NCBI GenBank assembly: GCA_964389655.1
Contig: CAYMED010000006.1
Location: 29,896-93,895, forward strand
Source of the DNA: an uncultured Candidatus Poseidoniales archaeon
GTDB lineage: Archaea; Thermoplasmatota; Poseidoniia; Poseidoniales; CAYMED01
Direction: 5' to 3'
Length of the DNA stretch: 64,000 nucleotides
Below the pieces are notes generated by a model. The model was not told the DNA's origin and did not search any database. It saw only the letters and a program-made list of their open reading frames with translations. Position numbers and translations under genes: made by a program. Below are positions 1 through 9,524 of this stretch, one piece after another. How positions within the stretch are numbered: position 1 is the stretch's first letter; each line of letters begins with the position of its first letter.

Positions 1-1
1 T

Positions 2-163
2 CTTGTATTGGGCGATGATGAAATCGAGAATAAAACAGTATCTGTTCGAAACCGGTTGGGCAAGCAAGAGAGTGGAATACCTTTAGATCGGTTTGTTGAA
101 CTACTAGAGGAAGAAATCAAGTCAAAAGAAATAAATCAAACATTAGTACAAAGTCAAGAATGA
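2..163 (+). CDS. thrS: Threonine--tRNA ligase, C-terminal fragment (5'-truncated by window edge)
   Basis: Frame 2 reads LVLGDDEIENKTVSVRNRLGKQESGIPLDRFVELLEEEIKSK...*, the class IIa anticodon-binding domain end typical of ThrRS; stop TGA at 161-163. Confidence 0.75.
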   Translation, partial: LVLGDDEIENKTVSVRNRLGKQESGIPLDRFVELLEEEIKSKEINQTLVQSQE

Positions 164-175
164 AACGGTTGCGTA

Positions 176-1921
176 TCATATTCGCCGGCGCAGGCGTTCC
201 ATCTTTTGGTCGAGATCGCCTAATGCATGCAAACCACCATCTAAATCCCCTTGCTCAATTGCTTTCGTGGCATCAGAGAGAACTTTCTGAGCATTTAGGC
301 GTTCATCATCATCGAGTTCAAAACCTGCTGATTGAAAACGGCGGTCTAATTGGCCCCATTCTCCAGTGGCAAAAGTTAGCAATTCTACAGCCTCATTTAA
401 TTCAGACCCTGCGAGATCTAAATCAGATAGCAAAGAGTCTATTGAGGAAGAGGCTTCGATCCAGCGCCCCTCATCGGCAGATTCCCTGATGCCATCAAAC
501 CGAGATTCCCAAGATGCTGCATCAGACATATTAGACCAACGGCTTGCATATTTGCGGCGTTGCTTAAGGCTCCGCAATGTTCGATCTCTTGCTTCACGTG
601 TAAAACGAACATCTCGTTCAATGCTTGAGGCAATTCCTTTTGCCAGACTTGGATCATCGGCAACAAGAGCATTGTGTGCTCTTTCAATGCCCTTCAACCA
701 CATTGACGTGTCAATCCCTTCCGTATCATCCACTACCTTCTGTGCAATTGAAATTGCTTCAATCGCCTCTTCACTACGTGCACCAATTGATGAGACATGA
801 ATTGGAATCGGTGAGGATAATTCATATGCGCGCTTGGGCTTTTCACGGGATAATTCCTTGCGCGCTTGCGAAAGTGAAGCGCGCAAGGAATCGGCTTCTG
901 ACCCCGTTATTGAACCAAGAGACGCGGCTGCTTCAGAAATGGAGGATTCTGCTTTTTTCCACCAAGTTGCAATTTCAAGTGCTTGTTTTTTGGCTTGCCG
1001 GAAAAGCATCTCTGCTTCGCGGAGACTTCCCAAACTCAATTCACGTTCAGCTGTGTGGAAGGTTTTTCCCGGTTTTTTCACAGGATATAGATCTTGAGCA
1101 ATTTGAATCGCAAATAATGCTGCTTGTTGCACTGCAAAAACATCCTCACTAAAACGGAGAGACCTATCAAGTTCATCGATTGCGTGAGAAATAATTTCCA
1201 ACCCAACTAGTGGATCTCGAAAACCCTCTTCCTTAGCACGTTGCATCAGTGATGATGCTTGATCAACAGGGGCGTCTGTTTGGCGAAGAGTGAGTAATTG
1301 ATCTTCCAATGAGTCGATTTTTTGCCTGAATTCTCTGCGTAAAGAGCGTGTCTTCGGGTCACCCCGCCAATCTTGGGAAGACAATAGAATTGCAACAAGG
1401 ATTGGTGCAGTTCCAAATAATAGGCTAAAGGATGTTGGTCCCATAGCAAGTAGTATGGATACACTAATTGCAGCACCGGACCCAGTCATGATGCCCCGGT
1501 ATCGAATAACTTCTGTCCGTCCAGATAGCATTCGACGAGAAGTGAGAAATAACATAAATGCTACAAATAAACAAGCCAGAACACCACAAATAACCCAAAT
1601 GTCAGATATCGGTTGGGAAAGTGAAACTGCTGCAATGCAGGGCCAAATTAATGATGAGGCACCCGCGATTCTTGATCTAGTCACAGGAGTGAATATCGTT
1701 AAATCTTGAAGTAGAATTGCCCAAGCAATGAGCACCAATGGTGGGCCAAATTCTGCCACAGTAACTACTTCAAGACCAGTAAAAGATGGCCACGCAACCC
1801 AAACTGCTGAAAATACTAGAAATAAGGCGCCCAACAATGCCATGTTCTCAACTGGACGTATTTGTTCGGTTGACACATCATCAAGAGCATAATCTGCCCC
1901 TTTTACATCTTGAGGAGGCAT
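176..1921 (-). CDS. Membrane protein (about 6 N-terminal TM helices) with long alpha-helical repeat C-terminus
   Basis: 581-aa ORF; hydrophobic aa ~27-180, then helical repeats with ~62-aa period. Confidence 0.8.
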   Translation of the reverse strand: MPPQDVKGADYALDDVSTEQIRPVENMALLGALFLVFSAVWVAWPSFTGLEVVTVAEFGPPLVLIAWAILLQDLTIFTPVTRSRIAGASSLIWPCIAAVSLSQPISDIWVICGVLACLFVAFMLFLTSRRMLSGRTEVIRYRGIMTGSGAAISVSILLAMGPTSFSLLFGTAPILVAILLSSQDWRGDPKTRSLRREFRQKIDSLEDQLLTLRQTDAPVDQASSLMQRAKEEGFRDPLVGLEIISHAIDELDRSLRFSEDVFAVQQAALFAIQIAQDLYPVKKPGKTFHTAERELSLGSLREAEMLFRQAKKQALEIATWWKKAESSISEAAASLGSITGSEADSLRASLSQARKELSREKPKRAYELSSPIPIHVSSIGARSEEAIEAISIAQKVVDDTEGIDTSMWLKGIERAHNALVADDPSLAKGIASSIERDVRFTREARDRTLRSLKQRRKYASRWSNMSDAASWESRFDGIRESADEGRWIEASSSIDSLLSDLDLAGSELNEAVELLTFATGEWGQLDRRFQSAGFELDDDERLNAQKVLSDATKAIEQGDLDGGLHALGDLDQKMERLRRRI

Positions 1922-1923
1922 AA

Positions 1924-4900
1924 TTAACGATCACTCCCCTTGCGCACAACTATACTGAATCCAGCTACCAAAGTAATCACTGCTATCAAGGCAAATAAAT
2001 TCGCCCAAGTAATCACCGAAGTGGATGGTGAATCCAGTGCTTTGCCGAATGGGGCAGTCAAAGTTGCAGTCCGATTGGAGGAAAATGAGTCATCAATAGT
2101 GATTACAACATCCCCTGTGGACACATTGGAGGAAAATGTGTGATTCCAAGATACTTCACCCAATCCCCATGGCGATGCGCCATCTCCATCAAACGAAGGA
2201 GCACAAAGATCTCCAATACAAACCGTTATTCGTCCCAAACTCCGACCATAGTTAACCAAATCCAATTCCACAAAAGAATGGCCCTCTACATCAGTCACAT
2301 TAAGGGAGTGGATGTAGTAGTCAGCCTCCAATGGGGGCTGTATTTCAATTGGAATATTTCTTGAACTTGTGAACGAATTTGAATCAGAGGCATAGATGTG
2401 AAGAATTCGCACGCCAGAACCGCTAGGCTGATCAGTATGTGGAGAAAGGCATTCATCATTTTTCCAAGAAGAGGAATTCCCTAATGACAAGTATCTGATG
2501 TATTCCCAATTTCTAATGAGATAGTAGCCTTCGCTCCAACTGCCATTAGTGTCGAGGTAGCAACCATCCAAATCAATGGTCCATGTCAAATTAGCAATCG
2601 CATCAAAATCATCGAATGAGTCATTTAGACTGAGATATAGGTTCTCGTCTAAGGAATAGACCCCGTCATTTCCTTCGTCAACAAGGAGATGGTCAATTAC
2701 TGGAGCGGCGGCATCACCAACAATGATCTTCCATGACCGTTCAACTGAATATCCTGCCTCATCCTCGATGCGTACCGAAAAGGACCATGTGGTTGGGTTT
2801 TTTGCTTCATGACGGCTGGGGAATGGGTCATCCCAGCCATTTACATGACTATCATGGACAAAAGTTACTTCGGTGACTGGCCCTGTTCGTGTCCAACCAG
2901 TGCTCTTATTTGAAGTCCAAATCACAGTAGGGAGGGGTGTTTGATCATCATTTGCTTGAACGCGCGCTGTCAGAACACGTGATGGGCGAATTTCAAATTG
3001 TGAAGCATTTGAATCAAGAATGCGGGTCGACATGTCATCTTGAGTAGGTAACATTGCAATATCAATAGAATGTATGGTAGGGGGATTACCATCAAGACTG
3101 TAATATCCAACCCATGCCCCTTCTAGCCCCTGATCATCAATGCAATTTAACCGCGCACTTAGATTGGTTTCTGGAGAAAGGCCATGTGATTTCGGAGAAA
3201 ATATGGCATTCTTACTTGCTATGTCAATCGACCAATTTTCATTTTCACCCACGGACCTGAGCCTCCAAGAACACACAACGGTTGCTGAATGAGCATCATT
3301 GATCCCAGTTAGATTTAGTTGCAAATCACCTGTAAGCCTGATGGGACCCGATGTCCGCCCGTCAATGGCACCTTGGGGGACTGGAGCTTGATTTCTTAGA
3401 ATTTGCAAGGTCTTAGAATGCCCTGTTTCAAGGTTCAATTGAAGACTTCCTGCATTCCAAATGAGGTTTTGCCCTATGAGGGAGGCATCTAGAGTGTGAT
3501 TTGGACCTAACTCCAAATTGAAGATAGAGCGACCAAAGTAGTTAGGGGCCGTTACTTCTAGAATGTGTAAAGACGTTGATGATAAATCCCATGATATATT
3601 CCCTGAAAAGGAGATATTCCAACGAATTTCAGACCAATTTTGCGTATCTGAAACAATTGAAATATTGTGCTGGATTTTTGATAGTGATTCAGTCAGCGGG
3701 CGTTGTTCGCGGTCAATGATGCAGCAAGGCAGTATAGGGTCTTTCGATGAAATTCCCAGATATTGGGTCCAAGTGTTAAAGCGAGCGATTTCACTGGCGT
3801 TCAAGTTGTGGTCAAAATTCCCAAAGAAAAAGTCTATTTGAGCTGGAAGGCCGCCAAAAACAGGAGGGAGTATTGGCAATTCATCCCACATGCCGCCTGA
3901 AAAATACGCAGTAGTTGACCCATTCCATTGGTCCTCACTCGCGGGTTGGTCAAAGAATGAAATAGATTGTGAAAGAACTGATGAATTTGCACGATTACTA
4001 TTGAGGTCTGAAGCATTGACCTCAAGTGACCCGCTGTTATGATCTAAAAGAATCCCATCACCTAAGAGTCTTGAATAATTATCAGAAGGGTATATCCACC
4101 AAGTGCCAATCAAGGGAAATGGAATTGTTTGTGCTGGGTTTCTAAACACATCAAAATATGAATGTATGCCACTTGGTTTGTGGATCAAAAGTGCGGAATA
4201 AAATTTCGCATCAGATGTGTTAAACGGGTGGAGAACGCGCAGCAAGAGGTCCGATTCTGGGACGTGATGGATATGTTCACCAGATGACCAAAGCATAATC
4301 GATGAACCATTTATTCCAGTTATCTGAAGCCAACCAGTTGAATTCGCTGGCACGTAAAAGTTGGCACTCCCATTTTCATCAGCAAATGTCGAAGATAGAG
4401 AATTTCCATTGGATAGCCACGCATCTATTTCTGCATTGGCATCTGTTGTGAGCGTAACTAAATCTGTTAGAGTAATAAGTTCTATTCGGCAGACCACAAA
4501 AGTAAGATTGGTTGCACAATCATCATCTATTTGCTGATCAAAATTACTTTTTGGCATGTTAGATAATGGTAAAGAGGGGCCATCTTTCAGCAGAATTGGG
4601 AGGGCACTTAATGGGGCATAACCTTCAGCATTCGCTTCAATTCTTAGAGGCATGTCAATTTCAATATACCACCAATGCTGCAAACTCGTTGATGATGAAA
4701 GGAGAGGAATCTCAACACCCATCCAACCAGCATATGCATTAGCCTCCACGCCATCAATTAATGCCCCATTTGAATCCTCAAATACTACTTCAAGAAGAAG
4801 GGATGTGGTTACTGTTCGTTGCGGATTGTTTTGAGCAAAAGTTTCGTCCTTCTGAAAATGGGTGAAATCAGCAAAAAGGGGGCACAGGATGAGCAAAGCA

Positions 4901-4929
4901 CTGGCTACGATCAAAATATTGATTTTCAC
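1924..4929 (-). CDS. Large secreted/surface protein with C-terminal TM anchor (Ig-like beta-rich domains)
   Basis: 1001 aa; signal peptide MKINILIVASALLILCPLFA; many N-x-S/T sequons; C-terminal TM plus RKGSDR; start overlaps the kinase stop by 4 nt. Confidence 0.8.
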   Translation of the reverse strand: MKINILIVASALLILCPLFADFTHFQKDETFAQNNPQRTVTTSLLLEVVFEDSNGALIDGVEANAYAGWMGVEIPLLSSSTSLQHWWYIEIDMPLRIEANAEGYAPLSALPILLKDGPSLPLSNMPKSNFDQQIDDDCATNLTFVVCRIELITLTDLVTLTTDANAEIDAWLSNGNSLSSTFADENGSANFYVPANSTGWLQITGINGSSIMLWSSGEHIHHVPESDLLLRVLHPFNTSDAKFYSALLIHKPSGIHSYFDVFRNPAQTIPFPLIGTWWIYPSDNYSRLLGDGILLDHNSGSLEVNASDLNSNRANSSVLSQSISFFDQPASEDQWNGSTTAYFSGGMWDELPILPPVFGGLPAQIDFFFGNFDHNLNASEIARFNTWTQYLGISSKDPILPCCIIDREQRPLTESLSKIQHNISIVSDTQNWSEIRWNISFSGNISWDLSSTSLHILEVTAPNYFGRSIFNLELGPNHTLDASLIGQNLIWNAGSLQLNLETGHSKTLQILRNQAPVPQGAIDGRTSGPIRLTGDLQLNLTGINDAHSATVVCSWRLRSVGENENWSIDIASKNAIFSPKSHGLSPETNLSARLNCIDDQGLEGAWVGYYSLDGNPPTIHSIDIAMLPTQDDMSTRILDSNASQFEIRPSRVLTARVQANDDQTPLPTVIWTSNKSTGWTRTGPVTEVTFVHDSHVNGWDDPFPSRHEAKNPTTWSFSVRIEDEAGYSVERSWKIIVGDAAAPVIDHLLVDEGNDGVYSLDENLYLSLNDSFDDFDAIANLTWTIDLDGCYLDTNGSWSEGYYLIRNWEYIRYLSLGNSSSWKNDECLSPHTDQPSGSGVRILHIYASDSNSFTSSRNIPIEIQPPLEADYYIHSLNVTDVEGHSFVELDLVNYGRSLGRITVCIGDLCAPSFDGDGASPWGLGEVSWNHTFSSNVSTGDVVITIDDSFSSNRTATLTAPFGKALDSPSTSVITWANLFALIAVITLVAGFSIVVRKGSDR

Positions 4930-5921
4930 GTGGATTCCAACCTTCTATTTGTATGGATCATGCGAGAACCCGAAGCGTCTACATCAAGAGAGAGCATTTT
5001 CATGGATGGATATGCTGAATGGATGCGTGTGCGCATGCCTTCGTTGCCATGAATGAGGATGAAGCCACCACCACCTGCACCGAGGAGCTTTCCCCCCGTC
5101 GCACCAAGTGATAGAAGAGATTCGTAGAGGTCGTCGATTTCCTGGTTCGTGATATTTGGGGCGAGTGCACGCTTAAGGTTCCAGGCGTCATTGAGGAGGG
5201 AACCTATTGCTGAAAGGTCCCCTTTCTCAAGGTGCTTTCGCACTTCAAATGCTTGGTCTCTCATTTTTTGAAGACGAGGGATTTCATCGACAGTCCGCTT
5301 CTTTTGCTCTTCAAGAACAGAGTTTGCAGAGCGGGTGAGACCAGTGTAGACTAGTGTGAATTCATTAGAAATACGCAATTGCGTGGCTGCATCAATACGC
5401 ACTGGTTCAACTACAACAGTCCCATCATTTTGGAAATGAATGGTATTTATTCCACCAAAAGCAGCAGCATATTGATCTTGCATACCTATTGGTTCACCCA
5501 GCCGCTCAATCTCAAGTTCACAGGCACTGGAAGCAAGTTCGGCTGCATCCGTCCATCTTCCCTCATAGACGTGTAGTGCATGCAAAAGGCCCACAGCAAG
5601 TGCTGATGAAGAACCAAGGCCAGTCCCCCGAGAAGGAATATCAGCAATAGTCGTAATTTCAATACCTTTACTAATTCCTGTCATTTTCAGTGCTTCTTGA
5701 ACAATGGCATGTTGAAGATCATCAACATGGTCTACAATTTCTGTTTTACTATAGGATAACCGGATCTGATTGTCAAAGCGGCGGTTGGCAGTTACGTAAA
5801 TATATCTAGAAATTGCCATTGACGTAACTGCACCACCATTCGGGTCTTCCCCCCAAAAAGCCTCAAGGTCTGTGCCTCCGCCACATAATGAGACGCGCAC
5901 CGGTGTACGACTAATGATCAC
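4926..5921 (-). CDS. GHMP-family sugar kinase (HddA/heptose-7-phosphate kinase-like)
   Basis: Motifs SRTPVRVSLCGGGTD, PSRGTGLGSSS, GMQDQYAAAFGG, GGKLLGAGGGGF; likely GTG start at 5921 (ORF track 5975). Confidence 0.85.
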   Translation of the reverse strand: MIISRTPVRVSLCGGGTDLEAFWGEDPNGGAVTSMAISRYIYVTANRRFDNQIRLSYSKTEIVDHVDDLQHAIVQEALKMTGISKGIEITTIADIPSRGTGLGSSSALAVGLLHALHVYEGRWTDAAELASSACELEIERLGEPIGMQDQYAAAFGGINTIHFQNDGTVVVEPVRIDAATQLRISNEFTLVYTGLTRSANSVLEEQKKRTVDEIPRLQKMRDQAFEVRKHLEKGDLSAIGSLLNDAWNLKRALAPNITNQEIDDLYESLLSLGATGGKLLGAGGGGFILIHGNEGMRTRIHSAYPSMKMLSLDVDASGSRMIHTNRRLEST

Positions 5922-6017
5922 ACTTCGCCGATTCGTATAACCCTCATGAACCCCGCGGGGGGGTGACGTCCCCATACGCCCGAAGGAATATCATCCGTGC
6001 GCGGCCGGGCAGGAATA

Positions 6018-6944
6018 ATGGCCGAGGGAATGATCCAGCTAGATGACTTCTCAGATGAGGAAATAATTCAATTGCTTGATGATGCTGCCGCATTGCAAGA
6101 TGTAGCAAGGGGTGAAAGAGTTACTCGCCCACTTGAAGGGCGTATTCTTGCTAATGTATTCTTTGAGCCATCTACCCGTACAAGAATGTCATTTGAAGCC
6201 GCAATGAAGCGTTTGGGGGGTTCTGTGATTAATATGGCAGAATTGAGTTCCACGTCCATAGCTAAGGGAGAGACGCTTCATGACACAATTCGTGTGCTAG
6301 ATGGTTATGCCGACATAATCGTATTGCGCCACCCACGCGAGGGTGCTGCAAGATTTGCTGATGACCTATCAATACGCCCAATAATCAATGCAGGAGATGG
6401 TGCTGGAAGACACCCAACACAAACATTGTTGGATCTATCAACAATACGCTCCTCTCATGGGACATTGGATGTCCAAATTGCGTTAGTGGGTGATCTCAGA
6501 TATGGACGAACCGCCCACAGTTTGGCAAAAGCCATGTCGAGGTTTGGAGCATCCATCATGCTCTGTAACCCTAAAGGGCTATCCATGCCCGATGAAGTCC
6601 TTCAAGACCTACGCAAAGATGGTACGACTGTCAAAACATATGATACATTAGATCATGTCATCGCAAATGCCGATGTCCTCTATATGACAAGAATTCAGCG
6701 TGAGCGTTTTCCCGACGAAGATGAATACTCAAGAGTTGCTGGGTCTTTCCGGTTAACTCAAGCAGACCTTGACAGTGCTCGAGAAGGGATGATCGTATTG
6801 CACCCATTACCTCGCGTGGATGAAATTGATGCAAATGTTGACGGAACCGAGCATGCCCAATATTTTGAGCAGGCATTTCATGGTGTAAGCACAAGAATGG
6901 CCATACTGTGCCATTTACTAAGTGTAAAAGGGGTGAATAAATGA
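6018..6944 (+). CDS. pyrB: Aspartate carbamoyltransferase catalytic subunit
   Basis: FFEPSTRTRMSF, KGETLHDT, NAGDG..HPTQ, GDLRYGRT, YMTRIQRER, HPLPR; alternative GTG start 5997. Confidence 0.97.
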   Translation: MAEGMIQLDDFSDEEIIQLLDDAAALQDVARGERVTRPLEGRILANVFFEPSTRTRMSFEAAMKRLGGSVINMAELSSTSIAKGETLHDTIRVLDGYADIIVLRHPREGAARFADDLSIRPIINAGDGAGRHPTQTLLDLSTIRSSHGTLDVQIALVGDLRYGRTAHSLAKAMSRFGASIMLCNPKGLSMPDEVLQDLRKDGTTVKTYDTLDHVIANADVLYMTRIQRERFPDEDEYSRVAGSFRLTQADLDSAREGMIVLHPLPRVDEIDANVDGTEHAQYFEQAFHGVSTRMAILCHLLSVKGVNK

Positions 6945-7411
6945 GTTTGCCAGTGCGCCGCGTTGCTGCAATTAGAGATGGAACGGTAATTGACCATGTG
7001 CCTGCTGGAATATCGATGATGGTGCTAAAAATGCTTGAAATTGATGGGAGAAGGTCAAACCCAGTTAGTTTATTGATGAATGTTCCATCTGATAAATTGG
7101 GTATGAAAGACATCATCAAAATTGAGGATCGTGAACTTTCACAACATGATTTAGATCGGTTAGCACTTATCGCAGGGGAAGCATCAGTCTCGATTATACG
7201 AAACTTTGAGGTATCTGGAAAAAGGACGATTAGAATGCCAGATGAGTTTGTCAATGTCGCCAGTTGTGCATTCACGAATTGCATCACCTTTTCTGGCAAA
7301 GAGCCCCTAACCCATCGGCTAAGGGTGATTTCAAGAGATCCCACTGAAATTCGATGCCACTATTGTGGCCGAATACAGCCATCTGAAGGAATAACAGAAC
7401 GGCTTGGATGA
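6941..7411 (+). CDS. pyrI: Aspartate carbamoyltransferase regulatory subunit
   Basis: V..IRDGTVIDHVPAG, NVPS.KLG.KDIIKIE, Zn ligands C-x4-C and CHYC; overlaps the pyrB stop by 4 nt. Confidence 0.96.
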   Translation: MSLPVRRVAAIRDGTVIDHVPAGISMMVLKMLEIDGRRSNPVSLLMNVPSDKLGMKDIIKIEDRELSQHDLDRLALIAGEASVSIIRNFEVSGKRTIRMPDEFVNVASCAFTNCITFSGKEPLTHRLRVISRDPTEIRCHYCGRIQPSEGITERLG

Positions 7412-7463
7412 TTTACACACCATGCTTCTTTACTTAGAATGCAAATTGTACTTTGATGCAGCA

Positions 7464-8447
7464 TCATTGGGTCCAAGTTACCATCTTACACGGCATACAA
7501 AGGCCTGGCAAAGAAATCGGAGATTGACACGAATCACAGTGGTGGTCCAACAAGCGGGGTTCTGAAAGGTTCATCACCTCCATGAGCCTATTTCGAATTT
7601 CATCTGACGCGCGAATTAATCCGTTTCTTGTCCCTGGTGTCGATGACTCTAGTCGGTCAATGGCTTGCCGGTGTTGTTCGCGCATGGCGCCTATTGAATG
7701 TGGGCAATCACCTAAATGTACTGGCAACCCTAATTCAGATACAGTAACATGAACTTCAATTTCAGGAATCCAGCGCATCGGCGTTATTCGAGGAGTCATT
7801 CCTTCAATTGGTCGTGAGGTGTGTGGGGCCATTCGCAAAAGGCGATTCACATCACCCCGTTGGAGGTTCATCAGTACCGTCTGAGCTGTGTCATCTAAAT
7901 TGTGACCTAAAGCAATAACACCAGCCCCTACGTTGTTTGCTAAGTATTCAAGTGCTCTGCGCCTAAATACGCCACAGAAACTGCAAGGGCCGAGGCCTGA
8001 AGTTTCAGGGTGTCGGTTTCTAATGGAATGAATATCCGAAACAATATCATCGATCCCAACTAACCCGATTTCATGGAATCCAATATAATGATGTTCCACC
8101 CCATATTTACGGCATAATTCGGCGGATGTATCAAGACCCTCTTGACGATAACCATCAATTGATTCATCGATTGTTCCTGCAATTAGGCGCACATCAGGGC
8201 GCCTTTTGAGAATTGAATGTAATGCCCAAAGAAGCAATGTGGAATCTTTTCCTCCACTCAATGCCACTAAAATTACCAACCCATCAGGGCCTGCTAGTTT
8301 TCGAATTGGTAATTGTTGGCGAAGCTCCTTGGAAATTCTCTTTCGGACCGATTCACGGAGATGAAGTGAACAGACATCAAGACCAGACATAGATTGGTGC
8401 ATCACAGATTCTCGTGAGCAACGCGAGCATGATGGTGTCTGAATCAT
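7464..8447 (-). CDS. tRNA 2-thiolation protein, Ncs6/TtuA (TIGR00269-like) family
   Basis: N-terminal CxxC..C..H zinc finger, PP-loop SGGKDS, CSFCGVFRR, GHNLDD, CPH, C-terminal CxxC..CxxC. Confidence 0.92.
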   Translation of the reverse strand: MIQTPSCSRCSRESVMHQSMSGLDVCSLHLRESVRKRISKELRQQLPIRKLAGPDGLVILVALSGGKDSTLLLWALHSILKRRPDVRLIAGTIDESIDGYRQEGLDTSAELCRKYGVEHHYIGFHEIGLVGIDDIVSDIHSIRNRHPETSGLGPCSFCGVFRRRALEYLANNVGAGVIALGHNLDDTAQTVLMNLQRGDVNRLLRMAPHTSRPIEGMTPRITPMRWIPEIEVHVTVSELGLPVHLGDCPHSIGAMREQHRQAIDRLESSTPGTRNGLIRASDEIRNRLMEVMNLSEPRLLDHHCDSCQSPISLPGLCMPCKMVTWTQ

Positions 8448-8479
8448 GTCAACCCTTGCTTAACCGAGAATCATTCACC

Positions 8480-9160
8480 TCATGATATCTCTTCATCCAT
8501 GGAGGACCAAACCATAACCTGATTTTGCCCAATAATTGATGACTCAACCAACTGCAAGCCACTAGAGTTCCATGTGCTGAGGCGGCGCTCAAGATCAACT
8601 AGGACATGGTATCGCTCTGCAAGAGTACCATTGGGTAATTGCCATGTAACCCAAGCCACGTCACCATCCCAACGCACGTTTTTAGGGGAATTTGGAGCCC
8701 AACAAGTAACATATATTCTTCCCCTTGGACGTAACAACCTTTTAGCTTCTGAAAGAGCAATAACTCCCTCATTCAAAGGAAGGTGGTGTAATGTCGCTAC
8801 ACAAAGAATTGCGTCGAAGGAAGAATCATCCCAAGGCATATTTCGTATATCACACACAAGTGGAGTAACTGAGGGGTGGGCAAGTTGCGCAAGCGCCACC
8901 ATTTTGGGGCTCAAATCACATGCTTCAACGCGATGCCCTGCACTCAATCCAATTCCAATATGCCTGCCACTTCCACACCCTGCAATCAAAAGGTCGACTG
9001 ATTTTGGAAGTTGATGGAGCCAGTCTACTACATGCGACCAAGGCTTGTTTCTTCGTTGGCTAAAATCATCCGCTATTTGGTCCCAAGTACGCTGCACGCT
9101 CTCAATGCCCGGAAATGATTGGTCTCCGGAGTCACGGGCCCGGGGCTCCAAATTGCTCAC
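8480..9160 (-). CDS. Class I SAM methyltransferase, Trm9/ALKBH8-like tRNA (carboxymethyluridine) methyltransferase
   Basis: WDQIADDFSQRRNKPW resembles the Trm9 Y..IA.HFS.TR.KPW signature; GCGSGR motif I; ATLHHL; RYH near the C-terminus. Confidence 0.8.
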   Translation of the reverse strand: MSNLEPRARDSGDQSFPGIESVQRTWDQIADDFSQRRNKPWSHVVDWLHQLPKSVDLLIAGCGSGRHIGIGLSAGHRVEACDLSPKMVALAQLAHPSVTPLVCDIRNMPWDDSSFDAILCVATLHHLPLNEGVIALSEAKRLLRPRGRIYVTCWAPNSPKNVRWDGDVAWVTWQLPNGTLAERYHVLVDLERRLSTWNSSGLQLVESSIIGQNQVMVWSSMDEEIS

Positions 9161-9221
9161 AGCATTGCCTTATCGTGCGAAGGTTGATCAAGCCGTCGGA
9201 CCGCCTCCGAAGAGGTTCGGC

Positions 9222-9524
9222 ATGATTGAACGAGTGATTCACTCCTTGACGCGACTTGAAGGCGTTCTAGATGCACGTGTTGTAAATATGCATGAAGTCA
9301 ATGAATTGAGTACTCAAACGGCCATCTGCGCTGAAGACCTAGTCAAATCCTCCACAGATAGTGAATGGGTTGATGGCTGGATTGAAACAAAGGAAAAGAA
9401 AATCAGCATGCGAAGAATACACGGTGGCCGCACATTGTGGATTGAAAGCACAACGGCACTAGCAACTGGACGGATACTCCACCACCTTCAGCGCTCTGCT
9501 GCATTAATTGAAGAAATCATATGA
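9222..9524 (+). CDS. Roadblock/LC7 (MglB-like) domain protein
   Basis: MIERVIHSLTRLEGVLDARVV...WIETKEKKISMRRI...TLWIES..LATGRILHHLQRSAALI fits the Roadblock pattern; ATG 9222 lies inside ORF 9045..9524; abuts the next gene. Confidence 0.7.
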   Translation: MIERVIHSLTRLEGVLDARVVNMHEVNELSTQTAICAEDLVKSSTDSEWVDGWIETKEKKISMRRIHGGRTLWIESTTALATGRILHHLQRSAALIEEII

